A DNA stretch of 62,669 bases, counting the filler, from Diploschistes diacapsis (lineage: Eukaryota), in NCBI GenBank assembly GCA_023645945.1. It is 16 parts of 16 records of this genome, joined end to end, with 100 filler letters (N's around TTAATTAATTAA, not from the genome) between each part and the next. Parts side by side here need not be neighbours in the genome. Positions count along the whole stretch, not along the records: positions 61,297 to 62,669 come from JALAIB010003222.1; 15 more parts are not named here. One strand, written 5' to 3'. Numbering within the stretch: position 1 is the first letter of the stretch; the number at the start of each line of letters is the position of its first letter. The notes beneath the pieces were generated by a model. That model was not told the DNA's origin. It ran no database searches and saw nothing but the letters and a program-made list of their open reading frames with translations. A program made the position numbers and the translations under genes. This document shows positions 61,380 through 62,669 of the stretch, piece after piece.

Positions 61380-61659
61380 AAAAAGTTTTTTTTAAAATAC
61401 GGACACGGACACGGACATTATATTATAATAAATACACGGACACGAACATCGTAACTAAAATTTTTAAAACACGGATATTAATACGAACATTATATTTCCG
61501 TGAATTCACGGACACGGATCCTGTAATTAAAAATTTTAAAATATTGATATTAATACGGACACTGTACTTCCGTAAATCCACGGACACGGACACCGCAGCT
61601 AAAAAATCTAAAACACGGACACTGACACGGCCGTGTCAGTGTCAGTGACGGCCAGCCTA
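61380..61659. mobile_element. TAGGCTGGCCGT-terminus element end
   Basis: ACACGGACAC arrays ending GTCAGTGACGGCCAGCCTA. Confidence 0.75.
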
Positions 61660-61776
61660 CTCTACTGTATAATAATATTAAGTAGTATCGTCACTAGTGA
61701 TATCGTTAGGAAAACGAGATCGATAAAACTTATTGATAAGTAATTTTAAATAAATTCAGCGACTATCATACATTAT

Positions 61777-62007
61777 TTAAGAACAAAGAACATGTCCATT
61801 TTTCTTATTATAAACACATGTATAACCCGTCTTCGTGCAAACATCAGTTTTATCGCATTTTTTGATCATATCAGGTACTGTGAAAAAATTGCGGCATGTG
61901 TTGTCCGTTTTATCGCACTTTCCCGACATAAAATCATCCCATATTGATGACCTAGCGTATGCGCTCAGGCATACAACAGCAGTAAGAACAAAATATAAAA
62001 ACTGCAT
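61777..62007 (-). CDS. Small secreted Cys-rich peptide, PAF/AFP antifungal-protein-like (gamma-core)
   Basis: 76 aa; signal MQFLYFVLTAVVCLSAYA; mature region has 6 Cys spaced C-x6-C-x12-C-x5-C-x6-C-x10-C with GKCDKTDNTC gamma-core and CTK motif. ORF retains TG/CA dinucleotides amid RIPped DNA; TATAAAA on the minus strand at ~62285-62291. Confidence 0.78.
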   Translation of the reverse strand: MQFLYFVLTAVVCLSAYARSSIWDDFMSGKCDKTDNTCRNFFTVPDMIKKCDKTDVCTKTGYTCVYNKKNGHVLCS

Positions 62008-62160
62008 TATGCTGGCAGATAAAAGTAAGTTTGTTTCTTAAATTGTGTTAAAAGTGGAGGCCGGGTAGCTGAATAGGCAACAAAGGATTGGTGAAATAAA
62101 TGGTAAATATCTTACAGTAATAATAAGGTAATATTATTATCGGAGGTAGAGAATGAAGAT

Positions 62161-62233
62161 GAAGATAGTATCAATGAAGATAGTATCAATGAAGATAGTA
62201 TTAATGAAGATAGTATTAATGAAGATAATTAAT
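62161..62233. repeat. 15-bp tandem repeat (GAAGATAGTATYAAT)4+
   Basis: Direct reading. Confidence 0.9.
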
Positions 62234-62507
62234 ACATAGATGGAGATTGAGACTAAAGCTGTAGATGATAGGAGATGAAAGATCTTTTATAGATACTTTC
62301 ACCTGATTATTATTAATAATCAATATTACCTAGTAATTTCCGATAATGTTGGATCTCTTAATCCAATATTGTTTGTCCCACAATCCAGTATAAAAATTGG
62401 ACTAAATAATCCCATAATGATCCAATAATCCAAACATCCTTCCTAGTGTAAACATAAAAATAGGCGGTAGACTTGGTAGGGGTGGTCCCCTCAGGGCAGC
62501 TCCATTT

Positions 62508-62669
62508 TGTTATGATCTCTATCTCTACAACGTAGACACGAGGTATTGATCAAGATAGGTTTGGTCTCTGGTAAAAGAGGAGTATAAAAAAAAGAAATAA
62601 ATCGATAACAGATCTATTTTAATCTCTAAAAAGATTATTATCTAATAATAAAAATAAACGATTATAAAT
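62508..62669 (-). mobile_element. LTR family B end
   Basis: TGTTATGATCTCTATCTCTACAACGTAGACACGAGGTATTGATCAAG identical to 56620. Confidence 0.8.

Noticed and set aside
61349..61659. ACACGG arrays as a CRISPR array or as coding ORFs (61349..61648, 54771..55007)
   Set aside because: Eukaryotic context, no unique spacers, degenerate units ending in a shared TIR; the ORFs are translations of the repeat.
42858..62669. TBF1 followed by AT-rich repeats as a subtelomere, or BAS2-like + AFP-like genes as an effector cluster
   Set aside because: Separate, size-sorted contigs; no TTAGGG arrays seen.
1..62669. tRNA, rRNA or snRNA genes
   Set aside because: None recognised by eye; a tRNAscan-SE/Infernal scan would be needed to exclude them.

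Overview
Genomic DNA of a filamentous ascomycete (Pezizomycotina; short spliceosomal introns, RIP-mutated repeats). The window is not one locus. It is 16 unrelated contigs joined by identical 100-nt spacers (N44-TTAATTAATTAA-N44): two gene-rich contigs of about 21 kb (1-20962, 22541-43490) and fourteen of 1373-1378 nt in decreasing size order. Contig 1 encodes a beta-lactamase-family hydrolase (truncated), an expansin/GH45-like secreted protein, an Emp47/ERGIC-53-type lectin, ALG8, ITC1, CRIPT, DRS2 and a NiCoT nickel transporter (truncated). Contig 3 encodes MDV1/CAF4 (truncated), a Zn2Cys6 transcription factor, a repeat-less PIR-type wall protein, DUF92/TMEM19, two unknown proteins with TPR-like C-termini, a UCH/YUH1 deubiquitinase and TBF1. 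The small contigs are mostly nested, RIP-degraded gypsy, copia, pogo/Fot1 and MITE relics. Among them are a BAS2-like multi-module secreted protein, a DUF1996-like fragment and, most notably, an intact intronless PAF/AFP-like gamma-core peptide gene. Other highlights are a MITE with TIRs and an 8-bp TSD upstream of the beta-lactamase, a GC-AG intron and generally relaxed splice signals, and a heat-shock-element array inside an LTR. All family assignments are by motif recognition; no searches were run.
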